DNA of 64,000 bases from an uncultured virus (IMG/VR IMGVR_UViG_3300032088_001800) (IMGVR_UViG_3300032088_001800:1-64000); one strand, 5' to 3'; counted from the first letter of the stretch, positions 1 through 10,590 are shown. Notes: generated by a model not told the origin, from the sequence alone. A program made the numbers and translations.

Positions 1-2
1 AG

Positions 3-1139
3 TCTTATGTCAGTAATTTTGTCATACTCCTCATCAAATAATTCAGGAAATGTTTCATATCCATAGTGACGTAGAAAGTGTAGTGTGTTTACTTGGCTTG
101 CAACTAAGAAAGGATGAAAATTAACAATTGGCTGATAAATTTTTTCTGTTATGAAAAGTACGTCTTCTACATTTACAGGTTCGTATGTTGTTTCTGTAAC
201 AAAAGAAAAATCACTATCTAAATAATGATGATTAATTAATGCACGTTGATTGTATCCTTGTTCTATTTCAGTTCCGTCATAATCAATAATGTAAGGAGCA
301 TCTTGTAGGAACATGTTTAATGGCTGTTCAAGGCTTTTGTGATGTTCTTCATTTAAACAATATTTGTCAATACTTTCATACATTGCATCAGTATGAAATC
401 TATCTACATGAGGTTCAAAATATCTATTCAACCAACTGTAATAACTATGTCTTAGTAAATCACGTTTATAAAATTCCGCTGCAAAGAATACACGTTGATG
501 TCTTGGATTGGCATTCTTAAATATAAACCGTTTGCTTTTTGGAGCATCGTAGTTTAGAAACGTGTCTACATCTAATGGCTTATCGTCCATTTGTGTAATT
601 TCCATATTATACGTTGCTTCAAAACTGTCCATGCCATATACGTTAATTTCACTGTAGCCTTTTCTCTTTCGCCAAGCTGCAAAATTTTTCTGTATGTTTA
701 TATCACCAAACACAAGAAAAACTTTATGTGCAGGTATTGCTAAGTCTTTAACACAGAAATCAATAATTTCCATAAACCTTGGCATAGTTAAACTAAAGCC
801 TTCATTTGGAAACCATAATAGTAACTTTAGTTTACTATCTAAATCACGTATTAGATTCAATGGCTCTTCATCAATATGTTCAAATACATTACGATATACA
901 AATGCATGGTCAATCCAATCAATTTCAATATGATAGAAAGCTGGCTGTCCTACATAGTCCTTAGGAGTAGTACGCTGAACAGGTATATCTAGATAGTCAC
1001 ATACTTCTGTAATAAACTTTGGCTTTACACTCTTAAATTGATTGTACTTATATGCTTCTCTAGTACGCAACTCTTTAGGAACACCATTTGGTATCCATTT
1101 CTCGCCAACAACTCCGGATTGGTAATACAGCGTTATCAT
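3..1139 (-). CDS. Partial CDS (runs off window start): GT10/exostosin-like TET...TEK family protein, putative glycosyltransferase
   Basis: Not in the ORF track; hand-translated from ATG at 1139 (overlaps stop of upstream gene): MITLYYQSG...FKNANPRHQR...FSFVTET...LFITEKIYQPIVNFHPF...FLRHYGYETFPELFDEEYD. Paralog of 1939..2919. Confidence 0.75.
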   Translation of the reverse strand, partial: MITLYYQSGVVGEKWIPNGVPKELRTREAYKYNQFKSVKPKFITEVCDYLDIPVQRTTPKDYVGQPAFYHIEIDWIDHAFVYRNVFEHIDEEPLNLIRDLDSKLKLLLWFPNEGFSLTMPRFMEIIDFCVKDLAIPAHKVFLVFGDINIQKNFAAWRKRKGYSEINVYGMDSFEATYNMEITQMDDKPLDVDTFLNYDAPKSKRFIFKNANPRHQRVFFAAEFYKRDLLRHSYYSWLNRYFEPHVDRFHTDAMYESIDKYCLNEEHHKSLEQPLNMFLQDAPYIIDYDGTEIEQGYNQRALINHHYLDSDFSFVTETTYEPVNVEDVLFITEKIYQPIVNFHPFLVASQVNTLHFLRHYGYETFPELFDEEYDKITDIR

Positions 1140-1948
1140 GTGTATGCTCCTTTAAAGTGTGGTAGCCAAAAGTTTTGTACAAAATCTTCGTGTGCTTCGT
1201 AACTAGGATGATTATCGTATCCATCGTCCCATGTGTTTAGATTATTGAGTGTATACTCTCGAAGCCCGCCGTCTTCATTGTCTGTAAACAAAAACTTATT
1301 CCAATGTATTTCATCTTGTAAAGTTACAAACTGATCAGCACACCATGTTTTGTATTCTTTTACAAATGCTCTGAATGTAGTAAATCTATATTCCCAACCT
1401 TTAAGTTCGCACATCTGTTGAACAAGCAAAATATTCGAAAGTGTTTGATGCCACATAGCATTTTGATTCCACATAAACTTTGAGTAAGATCTAAATGCAT
1501 CTACATACTGTATGTCAATATCAAAGTTATTGCTCCACCTTGTTTTTTCACTAACGTTACCGCCATTCAATAACCAATAATTTCCTGTTATTTTTTGAAT
1601 GTCACCGTTTGCACTTGTTAGTGCATATACTCCGGGATTCATATCGTTATTAGATTCAGTATTGTTTTGGAATAACATATCTACATAAGGTGTTTCTGTT
1701 TCATGTAGTGGAAATTCGCTTCTAGTAGGAGAACTCCACATGATGCTTATGTCAGGCGTGAATCCTTCTCGTTCTGCTTTCAATGCACAGTCAATTACAG
1801 CACTTGCAATAAATTTATTGCCGGCTCCGCTTTTACTTACATTCCGAGAATTGTTATAGTTAAGTAAATCACGTTGGATAACTCTTGCCCAGCTATTATG
1901 CATGTCTGTAAAGCTACATCCTCCGAATATATGAAATTTTACAGCCAT
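1136..1948 (-). CDS. SGNH/GDSL-like protein (putative acyl-esterase/transferase)
   Basis: N-terminal GGCSFT (block I-like), SKSGAGN (block II-like) and C-terminal DNHP (DxxH-like) motifs. Confidence 0.6.
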   Translation of the reverse strand: MAVKFHIFGGCSFTDMHNSWARVIQRDLLNYNNSRNVSKSGAGNKFIASAVIDCALKAEREGFTPDISIMWSSPTRSEFPLHETETPYVDMLFQNNTESNNDMNPGVYALTSANGDIQKITGNYWLLNGGNVSEKTRWSNNFDIDIQYVDAFRSYSKFMWNQNAMWHQTLSNILLVQQMCELKGWEYRFTTFRAFVKEYKTWCADQFVTLQDEIHWNKFLFTDNEDGGLREYTLNNLNTWDDGYDNHPSYEAHEDFVQNFWLPHFKGAYT

Positions 1949-2919
1949 GTTTGTATTTCCTCATTTGATATCTTCATTTGTAAAAATCGTTGCTGATTAT
2001 ACTTTAGTCTTTGTTGTATATCATTTTTATCTATTGAATCTATGCTATTAAGATATTTACTTAGACTGTGTATTGCACTGTTGAATCTTGATACATCTTC
2101 GTGAATTGTATCGTATGTGTTGTCTAGTATATCGTCAAATGTATCATATCCTTGTTGCCTTAAGAATTCTAATAAATTAGGCTGTCCTATATACAATGCT
2201 AGATGGCAGTTTGCAATAGGCTTCCAAGTTTTTTCTGTTATAAATAATCCTCGACTAGCTTCAGGATACGTTTCAGTTACTAAACTAATACTTGTTTCTT
2301 CATATATCCATTTATTATGTAATCTATCATTTTTGTGTATCTCGCCATTTGATCTATCAACAACTAGATGACGATGGCTGTTACGCATGTGGTCAATTTC
2401 TGGTGTATCTTTTTTGTATATTTCTTTAAATGTATCGTAGTGATAATTGTTATCAAGCTGGTTATACCTATTTAGGAAACTTACTAATCCAGTATCATAC
2501 AACCCTGTGTCGTATAACATTTGTAGGGTATAGTAACGATGCCAGTCAGGCCTTCCATTCAAGCACAAAAACTTTTTAGCAAATGTATTTTGATTATTTG
2601 TTTGTACTCCTAATTCCTTTATATGTGTAAGATAGTCGTATGCCCAGTAATTAAAGAATATGCCTTTAGACATATTTGCGTTACAGTGAATTACTTTGCC
2701 AAAGTTGTTGAAGTAATCAATATCTATATATGCAGGATCTCCTTCAGTATGAAATATTACTAGCGGAGTATCTTTGTCATATTCTATATTACCTTTGCCT
2801 TCTATATGCTCACATATCTGCAGATTGCCATTAAAGTCTGAATATTTTTCAATGACAGAACCTAGTCTATTAGTATCAAGACACTCAAATGTACCTTTTG
2901 CTAAAGTAATTTTTGCCAT
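1939..2919 (-). CDS. GT10/exostosin-like TET...TEK family protein, putative glycosyltransferase
   Basis: KFLCLNGRPDWHR, SLVTET, FITEKTWKPI, LRQQGYDTFDDILDNTYD; FITEK resembles the GT10 fucosyltransferase Y(I/V)TEK motif. Confidence 0.55.
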   Translation of the reverse strand: MAKITLAKGTFECLDTNRLGSVIEKYSDFNGNLQICEHIEGKGNIEYDKDTPLVIFHTEGDPAYIDIDYFNNFGKVIHCNANMSKGIFFNYWAYDYLTHIKELGVQTNNQNTFAKKFLCLNGRPDWHRYYTLQMLYDTGLYDTGLVSFLNRYNQLDNNYHYDTFKEIYKKDTPEIDHMRNSHRHLVVDRSNGEIHKNDRLHNKWIYEETSISLVTETYPEASRGLFITEKTWKPIANCHLALYIGQPNLLEFLRQQGYDTFDDILDNTYDTIHEDVSRFNSAIHSLSKYLNSIDSIDKNDIQQRLKYNQQRFLQMKISNEEIQTWL

Positions 2920-3758
2920 AAACTTACACTTTCAAATCCGTTTTGCGTGCCGCTAGTATTACATCCTTTACACGCTGCTAAACTACTTCGGTTACCTTTG
3001 TCTAATTTTTTTCTAACTTCAACAAATTGTTCACTATTCCATAATTCACTAAATGCTGTATTGTTAATATTTCCAAATGGTTGTTGTTTCCTACTCCAAT
3101 CGTTACAGCATAACCGGACTTGTCCGTCCCAGTCTATAAATGCTTTGTAAAATGGTAACCAACAAGGCCTAAATACAGTTTCTTCTTTTGATACTAGTCC
3201 TCCTCGGTTATTGTAATTGTATTGTTCAATCAAATCCGGACTACCAGTATCGTGATGATTTCGTATACGATAACTTATGTTACAATCTTGCAATAGATCT
3301 TGCACTTTGTTGTACTGTTCATTGCCATCATAACAATCAACAATAAGCATACTAAGTCCTGCATCAGATAATTGTGTGTGAGTTAATTGGCCTGACAAGA
3401 GTCTATCGCCGTTAGTAATAATTTCTGTGTAGTATACAGAAAATATCTTTATAAGTTCAAGTATCTGTGGATTGAGAGTAGGTTCGCCAAATCCTGTTAT
3501 ATGTATGTCGCCAGTATAATTTGCTGCTTGCAATCCTTTGACAAGATTGTTTGCTGTGTCTAATGTCATTTGTAAATTTTGATTAGGATATACCGCAGGA
3601 TTACTACGTGGACAAAAACTGCACGTTCTATTACATAACTCAGTAGGATTAACTTCAACAACTCCTAAGCCTAGTAGTAAAGGATTACCAATGTTAGCTT
3701 TTAGATATCTGTTGTTCCTATAACTAATATGGTCTTGGACATTAAAATTTTGAGACAT
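2901..3758 (-). CDS. Radical SAM protein with C-terminal SPASM/twitch domain
   Basis: CNRTCSFC motif, GFGEP, TNG; C-terminal PCWLPF...LCCNDW...CKGC. Start moved from 3794 to ATG 3758 (MSQNF) to reduce overlap with the upstream gene. Confidence 0.9.
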   Translation of the reverse strand: MSQNFNVQDHISYRNNRYLKANIGNPLLLGLGVVEVNPTELCNRTCSFCPRSNPAVYPNQNLQMTLDTANNLVKGLQAANYTGDIHITGFGEPTLNPQILELIKIFSVYYTEIITNGDRLLSGQLTHTQLSDAGLSMLIVDCYDGNEQYNKVQDLLQDCNISYRIRNHHDTGSPDLIEQYNYNNRGGLVSKEETVFRPCWLPFYKAFIDWDGQVRLCCNDWSRKQQPFGNINNTAFSELWNSEQFVEVRKKLDKGNRSSLAACKGCNTSGTQNGFESVSLWQKLL

Positions 3759-4788
3759 AACTATCAGGAATAATAAGTTTATTACTCCAATCAATTCCTT
3801 TTCGATTTGCAGGATGCTCGTTGTTTATAATCACAATACTTTTGTCTTTTGTATGTGTTACACACTTTTGCGGGTCAACAAATAATAATAGTTCAAATAT
3901 ATCACCTAAGAATTCTTTTTCTATATGTATACTAATACCACTATACGCACACTTGCTTGGCAATTCTTCCATTGGTAAGTTGCATTGTAGTAAATCAAAT
4001 TTATTAAATAGCCCTTTAGTACGATCAAAGAATTTAAAGTTTAACATGTCCGTATGCACTTTGCAGTCAGTTGGATTGTTTACTACCATAGGCAAACTTC
4101 TAAACACTAAATCACTCCATTGATCTAATTTAATTTGTGTAAAGCCTTCAAAGTTTGTTGGCATAAGTTTTTCGGGCCAAGCGTCAGAACCTAAAAATTC
4201 GTATGTAAAGTCTTTGGTTGTTTTACCAGTATCTACACTGTTAACAAATAAACGTTCCTCAACTTCTGTTCTAAACAATATTGTATCGCTACTCAGTAAA
4301 CTTTTGCGCAATGTTTCTTCATCAGTTATTACAACACCTTTATCACGTAGTTCTTTAAATGCATTTTGTTCTTTATGTACAGTAAGCATTAAAGGCATTG
4401 TCTTACAATTAAGAAACTTTGCTGCTACACACCTATTGGTTCCGGGATGAACCATATATGTTCCATCGTCCATATGATTTACTGCCTTGACACTATTCTT
4501 CCATCCGGTCTGACAATAGCTTTGTACTAACCAAAGTATTTTTTCAAAATGATGTACAACTATGTTTTCACCGCCCATTGGTGTAATTAATGCTTTAACT
4601 GAAAAATCTTCAACTACACTTTTTGCAATACTCTTATCACCATGCGGATTTTCTAACAGCCAATCATGTAATCTATCTTCGTCAAACTTTAGCCACCAAC
4701 GTAATGTCTCCATTGGTGCTTCAAATAATATTACAACGTGGTCATCAAACCAATCTTTATCAAAGAAATCTTTACCTTGAGTAGACAT
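3742..4788 (-). CDS. Hypothetical protein with possible ParB/sulfiredoxin-like motif
   Basis: 348-aa ORF; YMVHPGTNRCVAAKFL resembles the ParB/Srx G-x-x-R motif. Confidence 0.45.
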   Translation of the reverse strand: MSTQGKDFFDKDWFDDHVVILFEAPMETLRWWLKFDEDRLHDWLLENPHGDKSIAKSVVEDFSVKALITPMGGENIVVHHFEKILWLVQSYCQTGWKNSVKAVNHMDDGTYMVHPGTNRCVAAKFLNCKTMPLMLTVHKEQNAFKELRDKGVVITDEETLRKSLLSSDTILFRTEVEERLFVNSVDTGKTTKDFTYEFLGSDAWPEKLMPTNFEGFTQIKLDQWSDLVFRSLPMVVNNPTDCKVHTDMLNFKFFDRTKGLFNKFDLLQCNLPMEELPSKCAYSGISIHIEKEFLGDIFELLLFVDPQKCVTHTKDKSIVIINNEHPANRKGIDWSNKLIIPDSYVSKF

Positions 4789-4789
4789 A

Positions 4790-5905
4790 TTACTCTCCTA
4801 ATAATAGTGTGTTTAGTTCAGGAAATACTTGTGCAAAATTTTCTTCCCTGTGTTTATCTAATATATGCGTATATTTAAAGAAACTATCAATTGCTCCGTT
4901 GCAATTAGACATTTGATCTGCAAATGGTTTGAATTTATCATTGCTAAGTTTATCTTTAATTACTTGATGTGCATGTTGAGGTATTGCTTGCACATTATAG
5001 TGCTTAGGCCCATGTAGTGCGTTTAAGAACAACCGGTCTTCAGGAAGACCAAGTGTGTTAAACCATTGTTGAAATTCTGGCAAATATAATATATTAAAAA
5101 TATTTACAGTGTGGCAAATACTTGTGTGCAAGAACGGTTGTTCATTTGCAAAACGCAGATTACTTTCAGCTTCTTTCCAAACTGCTGGATGACGTTGGTA
5201 TTCAAACTGTTTGCCTGTGCCGTCAATACTAAACATAAGTTCAACCCATTTAAATTCTTTCCAAAGATCTAACATTTTTTGTGTGGGCTTTATTGTAGTA
5301 TTAGTATTATAGTGTAAACTAATTTTATGTGCATGACCTCTTTCTACACACTTTTCTAATAATTCAAAATGTTTCTTAATTAATAAAGGTTCACCGCCTG
5401 TGAAATCTAGCCATTCAATATACTCAATTACTCTTTCAAGGTCACGCCAAATAGGACTATTATCTTCTATCCAGTAACTTTTAAGGTTAGGATTAAGAAC
5501 TTCTCCGTATAATAATTTTTCATCTTCGGCCCATTTGAAACTGCTAAAGCTACTACATATTCTGCACTTTAAATTACACACTGTTCCTAGCTTTAGATCA
5601 TAATAGATAGGCGGACCTAGTTTTCCAATCCTATGAAACATATGTTCAAAGCGTTCATTATCTGCTTGACGTTTACTACGTATACCCTGCGATTCGTTTT
5701 TCCAACATTGGTTACAACCAGCAGGTTTCTTTCCTGCTAAGAAATCTTTGCGCAATGTTTTCATTTCTTCACTAGACCAGATTTTGCTTAGACCGTCTGT
5801 GCCAAAGTGTCCTACAGGCGGGCCTTCATATAAGCAACAAGGCTTTGCATTGCCTACTGCATCAGCTTCAATATGTATCCAAGGATTTATACAAATATCA
5901 CTCAA
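4790..5905 (-). CDS. Radical SAM protein with N-terminal twitch/SPASM-like domain
   Basis: CINPW..KPCC..GCNQCW before CNLKCRIC; FTGGEP, YNTN, FSIDG. Confidence 0.9.
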   Translation of the reverse strand: MSDICINPWIHIEADAVGNAKPCCLYEGPPVGHFGTDGLSKIWSSEEMKTLRKDFLAGKKPAGCNQCWKNESQGIRSKRQADNERFEHMFHRIGKLGPPIYYDLKLGTVCNLKCRICSSFSSFKWAEDEKLLYGEVLNPNLKSYWIEDNSPIWRDLERVIEYIEWLDFTGGEPLLIKKHFELLEKCVERGHAHKISLHYNTNTTIKPTQKMLDLWKEFKWVELMFSIDGTGKQFEYQRHPAVWKEAESNLRFANEQPFLHTSICHTVNIFNILYLPEFQQWFNTLGLPEDRLFLNALHGPKHYNVQAIPQHAHQVIKDKLSNDKFKPFADQMSNCNGAIDSFFKYTHILDKHREENFAQVFPELNTLLLGE

Positions 5906-6599
5906 TTGCGCTCCTAACCATAGGGTATATATATTCGTCTGCTACAAGTTTGTGTCCTTGAGGTGATATATGATAACCATTGTCAATGTAATGATTATTA
6001 TCTAAAAAGTTGTGTACACTATCTTGATGTACCGGTACTGGTAGTACTTTTTCTACATCTATAGGCGTTGGTACCCACGGAAAGAATATAATCTTGTCAC
6101 CAAAGTTTTCTATATAAGATTTAAGCATATCTAGTTGACACATTAATTGTTCGGTAGCCAATGTACTAAATGTATGATTTTCGTATAAGAATTTTGTAGT
6201 AGTGTCAATATCACTTTTCTTACTTAAACTATTAGAGTATTCACCTACAGTAATCTTGTGTGTCTTTTCTTCTGTTATTCCCCAAAGGCGTGTATGCTTG
6301 CCTTCTCGTGTCCATACTGGTTGTTCTAGATTGTCATGAAATCGGTTGTCTAGAAAATTTTTCTTACCACTAATAGATATTTGCATTCTATCAAATGTAG
6401 TTAACTGAAACAAAACAACTTTTGGTTTATACTTTTGGTAAAGTCTATATGCTGAGTATACTGCATACGCATTGTCTATGCCGGCATGTCCGCCATTTAT
6501 AACTGTTGTTCCGCACTTGTCTTGTAGATAAGCCGAAAAAGTTTCATTTGATTCTACACCAGTACCAAACGTCCAGCTGCATCCAATAGTAAGTATCAT
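5898..6599 (-). CDS. SGNH/GDSL-like protein
   Basis: IGCSWTFG, INGGHAGIDN, DNGYHISPQGH. Confidence 0.7.
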   Translation of the reverse strand: MILTIGCSWTFGTGVESNETFSAYLQDKCGTTVINGGHAGIDNAYAVYSAYRLYQKYKPKVVLFQLTTFDRMQISISGKKNFLDNRFHDNLEQPVWTREGKHTRLWGITEEKTHKITVGEYSNSLSKKSDIDTTTKFLYENHTFSTLATEQLMCQLDMLKSYIENFGDKIIFFPWVPTPIDVEKVLPVPVHQDSVHNFLDNNHYIDNGYHISPQGHKLVADEYIYPMVRSAIE

Positions 6600-7786
6600 T
6601 TTACCAAGTCCTGTAATTCAGGAAATGTTTCTGCAAAATTTTCATTCCTAATTATGTCTACCATTTCTATGTTTTTCTTAAACTCTAGTATTAGATGAGA
6701 TGTATCTGCATCATTCATAAATTTTGCAACTGATAAGAATCCACGCTCAACTCTTTCTTCGCCCCATCTCTTACACTTTTCTGCCATATCTGTATATTTT
6801 TTAGTTAATTCTTTTTTCATGCTTGCAGGTAGTATTTGTAAACTTAGATGCTCAGGATGATGGACAATGTTAATATGAAAGTCTCTTGGGTGTCCTATAA
6901 AGTTATCTTCTAATGCCCATTCGTAGAAATCTGTCATATGAAATGCATTTTGTACACTAACTGTAAAGTTAATAAAAAAGTTTATATCAGGTGCTTTTTG
7001 TATTATTGCTTTTCTATTAGCAACAATCTTATTCCAGTCAGTGCCTTTACGTATATATTCTGCTCTTGCGCCGTAGCCATCTATACTTGCTCCTACATGT
7101 ACGTTATCAAATCTAGGCCAAATGTCAAGAACATCAAGTTTTTTGTATCTTAACTGGCTAAGATTAGTATTATAACGAATGATAGTATCGTACTTTTGCA
7201 TTTCATCTAGTTTATTTAAGATACGGTAATGTTCTTCCATTAGTAATGGCTCGCCGCCAGCAAAATAAATATCTTCTACTTTATCAAATAACGGTTCTAT
7301 TTGATTCCACATGTTAATATTTTTACCTGGGTCAGGTAAGTCATTAGGTAATTGACCCCACATCTTTTTTTGATCTTCGTACCAACCTGTACTTAACTGT
7401 GGACCGCAACTTCTGCAACGCATATTACATATATTAGAAAATCTAAAGTCCCAGTAGTGTATACTTAAATCGTCTAAACTTCCGTCAGCATTTGTTGTTT
7501 GTAATAGATCCATATGATGTGAAAAAGTCTCATTCATATGTGTACGCAAACTTGTTCCGCCGTTTGATTCATTAATAAAGCAACGTTTACAACTTGCCGG
7601 TTGTTCATTGTTAAGAAACTGTGTACGTAGCTTTTTCATATCCTTGCCATTCCAAATTTCAGCAAGAGTATTTTCATTTAGATTACCGACTGAATCTTCC
7701 ATTGCTGTTAAGCAACAAGGATATACATCGTTGTTAGGCCATGTATGTAAATGTATCCACGGTGATATGCATTTGTTGTCAGTCAT
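6596..7786 (-). CDS. Radical SAM protein with N-terminal twitch/SPASM-like domain
   Basis: CISPW..YPCC..SCKRCF then CNMRCRSC; FAGGEP, YNTN, ASIDG. Confidence 0.9.
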   Translation of the reverse strand: MTDNKCISPWIHLHTWPNNDVYPCCLTAMEDSVGNLNENTLAEIWNGKDMKKLRTQFLNNEQPASCKRCFINESNGGTSLRTHMNETFSHHMDLLQTTNADGSLDDLSIHYWDFRFSNICNMRCRSCGPQLSTGWYEDQKKMWGQLPNDLPDPGKNINMWNQIEPLFDKVEDIYFAGGEPLLMEEHYRILNKLDEMQKYDTIIRYNTNLSQLRYKKLDVLDIWPRFDNVHVGASIDGYGARAEYIRKGTDWNKIVANRKAIIQKAPDINFFINFTVSVQNAFHMTDFYEWALEDNFIGHPRDFHINIVHHPEHLSLQILPASMKKELTKKYTDMAEKCKRWGEERVERGFLSVAKFMNDADTSHLILEFKKNIEMVDIIRNENFAETFPELQDLVK

Positions 7787-9224
7787 ATGTTGCTAGAGGC
7801 TCATCAATATTTTTTGGATCTGGCTTTAGTATCCAACCTTCTTTTTCTGCAAGTTCCATAATACTTGCATCAGTGTCTGGAATACTTTCAACCCAGTCTG
7901 TTAGTATTTTAGGAAATACACTTAGGCTTTTGTTCCTACGTACATCATATTGCTGATAGAAAGTTTTAAAGTCACGCCACAACGTAGCAGGGTTACTTGT
8001 ACGCCTATGCGGAGCATCTACTGTAACTAGGTAATCTATCAAACGTTCAATACTTGCCTTTTCAAACTCGTGCCATAATTCTTTGTCTTTGTTTGCTGCA
8101 TACCAAGTAGATAAATTTTTGTGGAGTTCATCTTTAATATGGTTAGGTAAAGCAAGTGGTGACTGAAAGCTAGGAAATCTCAAAAGGTTAACACTTACAC
8201 TTGGCCATTTACTTCCTGTTGTTTCTTTCAATTCATATATTTGATCTAAGAAATCTGTAATACTAAACAAGCATAAACTATTAATAGTCATCATTACATG
8301 TAGATTTGCATTTGCTTCTGACAATATACGCTTTACATTGTTTAACCATTGTTCATAAACTAGCCCGTCACGTATATATTCTGCTTGAGCACCTACAGCT
8401 TCACAACTTGTATAAATTTCAAAGTTCTTAATACCATGCGACTTTTGTATAAGTTTATCTATTATATCATTCTTAGCAATTAGATTACTATTAATTGCAA
8501 AACGCATCTTGCTATTTTGTGCTTCAAACCAATCAAACAATTTCCAAGTGTTATGGCTCATTAAAGGCTCGCCGCCTGTAATGCGTAGTTCTTCTAAACT
8601 ACTGCTAAGTCCGTTTTCCCACCATTTCCAAAATGCTTGAATGTAAGGATTATCGTCATCATCTTTGTAAGGTTGTGTCCAACTGCCGTCTTGTCTAAAT
8701 GCACCAGCACCATCACTTACTAAGTTTGTGTACTCGCCATTCTTTTTAATATCTTTAGCCCATGTGGTTGAGAAACTTGCATTACAATAACTACATGCTA
8801 AGTTACACGTTCTGTCAAACGCAATTTCAAAAGTTTTGAGGTGAACATTTTCTGTGTAGTTCATATCGTATGCACGTTGTAATTCGTCGTCATCATAGAT
8901 AATAGTTTTAAAGACTCTGTCACTAACAGCATCTTTTTTCATATCTTCCATTTTCCAACAATACTCACACTCACGTGGTCGTTGTCCAACTTGCATTTGC
9001 TTACGCATTTCTTTTTTGTGCTTTGTGTTGTGTATAGCAGTAAAGTCTGCTTCAACTTCTTCAAGCGGTATTTTGTGTGCCGGCGGGTGATGACAACTTG
9101 TAGTAGTGCCGCTACCTAACCATGTAGTTGCATTATACCATTTAGCACCACAGAAGCTAGGACTTTTAGCGTTAATAACTCTGTCTCTATACTCTGTTAA
9201 ACTTTCGTCGGGTTTCTTAGGCAT
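7779..9224 (-). CDS. Radical SAM protein with N-terminal twitch-like (C..CHH..CxxC) domain
   Basis: FCGAKW..SCHHP..ECEYCW then CNLACSYC; ITGGEP. Confidence 0.9.
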   Translation of the reverse strand: MPKKPDESLTEYRDRVINAKSPSFCGAKWYNATTWLGSGTTTSCHHPPAHKIPLEEVEADFTAIHNTKHKKEMRKQMQVGQRPRECEYCWKMEDMKKDAVSDRVFKTIIYDDDELQRAYDMNYTENVHLKTFEIAFDRTCNLACSYCNASFSTTWAKDIKKNGEYTNLVSDGAGAFRQDGSWTQPYKDDDDNPYIQAFWKWWENGLSSSLEELRITGGEPLMSHNTWKLFDWFEAQNSKMRFAINSNLIAKNDIIDKLIQKSHGIKNFEIYTSCEAVGAQAEYIRDGLVYEQWLNNVKRILSEANANLHVMMTINSLCLFSITDFLDQIYELKETTGSKWPSVSVNLLRFPSFQSPLALPNHIKDELHKNLSTWYAANKDKELWHEFEKASIERLIDYLVTVDAPHRRTSNPATLWRDFKTFYQQYDVRRNKSLSVFPKILTDWVESIPDTDASIMELAEKEGWILKPDPKNIDEPLATYD

Positions 9225-10590
9225 TCCAGTCCTCTAATATTTCTCTATATTCAGGAAACACTTTCCTAAAGTTTTTTCTTCTACGTTTATCGTATGCTTG
9301 TATGTATCTTACAAAATCCTGTCTATGTTCAATAGCTGGCTCAGAATTACGTAAATAATCACAGAACCTTTTTATTTGATCCCACTCTTCTAAATAAAGT
9401 CTAGCAAACTTATCTGGGCTATGATACTTTAACCAACTTTCACAGGTAGACTCAATTGCACTTGCATATAGTTCTCTATCCTCAGTATCTAAGAGTGTGC
9501 ATTGTAAATGCGGTGGCCACCGCATAATGTTTATGCTTAGAGGTATCCTATTATATTCAAACGCTTTGTTATACTTTTTTCTAAAGTCCATTACTACGTT
9601 AATAAATTTCTCAAATGTTGGCAATGCTAATATGTTTATAGTTGTCATCATTGCTACTGAACTGTCAGTTTGGTCTAATACTTGTTCTACGTTTGTTATC
9701 CATTGTGCATAGTCTAACCCATCACGCGAGTATTCTGCTTGCTCACCAATACTTTCTAAACTTGTGTACACATCTATTTTTTTGACTTTACCTTTTAGTT
9801 TGTTAATTGACTCTATCAACTTTGTTATTAGTTTATCAGGAACACACAAGTTTGTGTTTATTGCTATTTCTAAATTAGGCTGTGGATTTTCTACTAGCAT
9901 GTCTAGAAGTTTCCATGTTTCTTTACTCATTGTAGGTTCGCCGCCAGTAATACGCAACACCTTTAAATGAGGTAACGCATCAGGAAACCATTTCCAAAAG
10001 GCCTTAACGTAAGGATTTACTTCACTGTTAAGGTAAGGAAACTTTTGTGTCTTTTTGAGATAACTTAGATCATGTGATCCGTGCTTTGTAGGATAAGATC
10101 CGTTTTGCTGTATATCTTCCATCCACTTACTGCTAATTTCAGGTGAACAGTATGAACATGCAAAGTTACATGCATTAGAAAAACTTACTTCTAAGTAACT
10201 TGGATATGTATTTTCATTAGGATTTGATTTTGCAATTTCATCAAATCTATCCCATGCCCAATAGTCGGCTGTCTTATAGTGTCTGTCACTAAAGTAATTT
10301 TTATCTAAGTCTTCTATGTTCCAACAGTAATCACACTCTTTTGGACGTTCTCCGTTCAGCATCATTTCACGCTGTTTCTTTTTGTGTTTACTATTGTGTA
10401 GTGCATGTGGATTACCCATTATTTCACTAATAGGTATTTTATGAGGAGCAGGATGGTGACAACTATGATTATATCCGTTTTGCAAGTATAATGTAGTTTG
10501 TAACCACTTAGCTGTACAGAAACTACAACTTACAGAATTTATCTGTTTCCGTTTCTGCTCAAGTAATTCGATGCGCTTTTCATTACTCAT
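9217..10590 (-). CDS. Radical SAM protein with N-terminal twitch-like domain, paralog of 7779..9224
   Basis: FCTAKW..SCHHP..ECDYCW then CNFACSYC; ITGGEP, INTN. Confidence 0.9.
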   Translation of the reverse strand: MSNEKRIELLEQKRKQINSVSCSFCTAKWLQTTLYLQNGYNHSCHHPAPHKIPISEIMGNPHALHNSKHKKKQREMMLNGERPKECDYCWNIEDLDKNYFSDRHYKTADYWAWDRFDEIAKSNPNENTYPSYLEVSFSNACNFACSYCSPEISSKWMEDIQQNGSYPTKHGSHDLSYLKKTQKFPYLNSEVNPYVKAFWKWFPDALPHLKVLRITGGEPTMSKETWKLLDMLVENPQPNLEIAINTNLCVPDKLITKLIESINKLKGKVKKIDVYTSLESIGEQAEYSRDGLDYAQWITNVEQVLDQTDSSVAMMTTINILALPTFEKFINVVMDFRKKYNKAFEYNRIPLSINIMRWPPHLQCTLLDTEDRELYASAIESTCESWLKYHSPDKFARLYLEEWDQIKRFCDYLRNSEPAIEHRQDFVRYIQAYDKRRRKNFRKVFPEYREILEDWNA

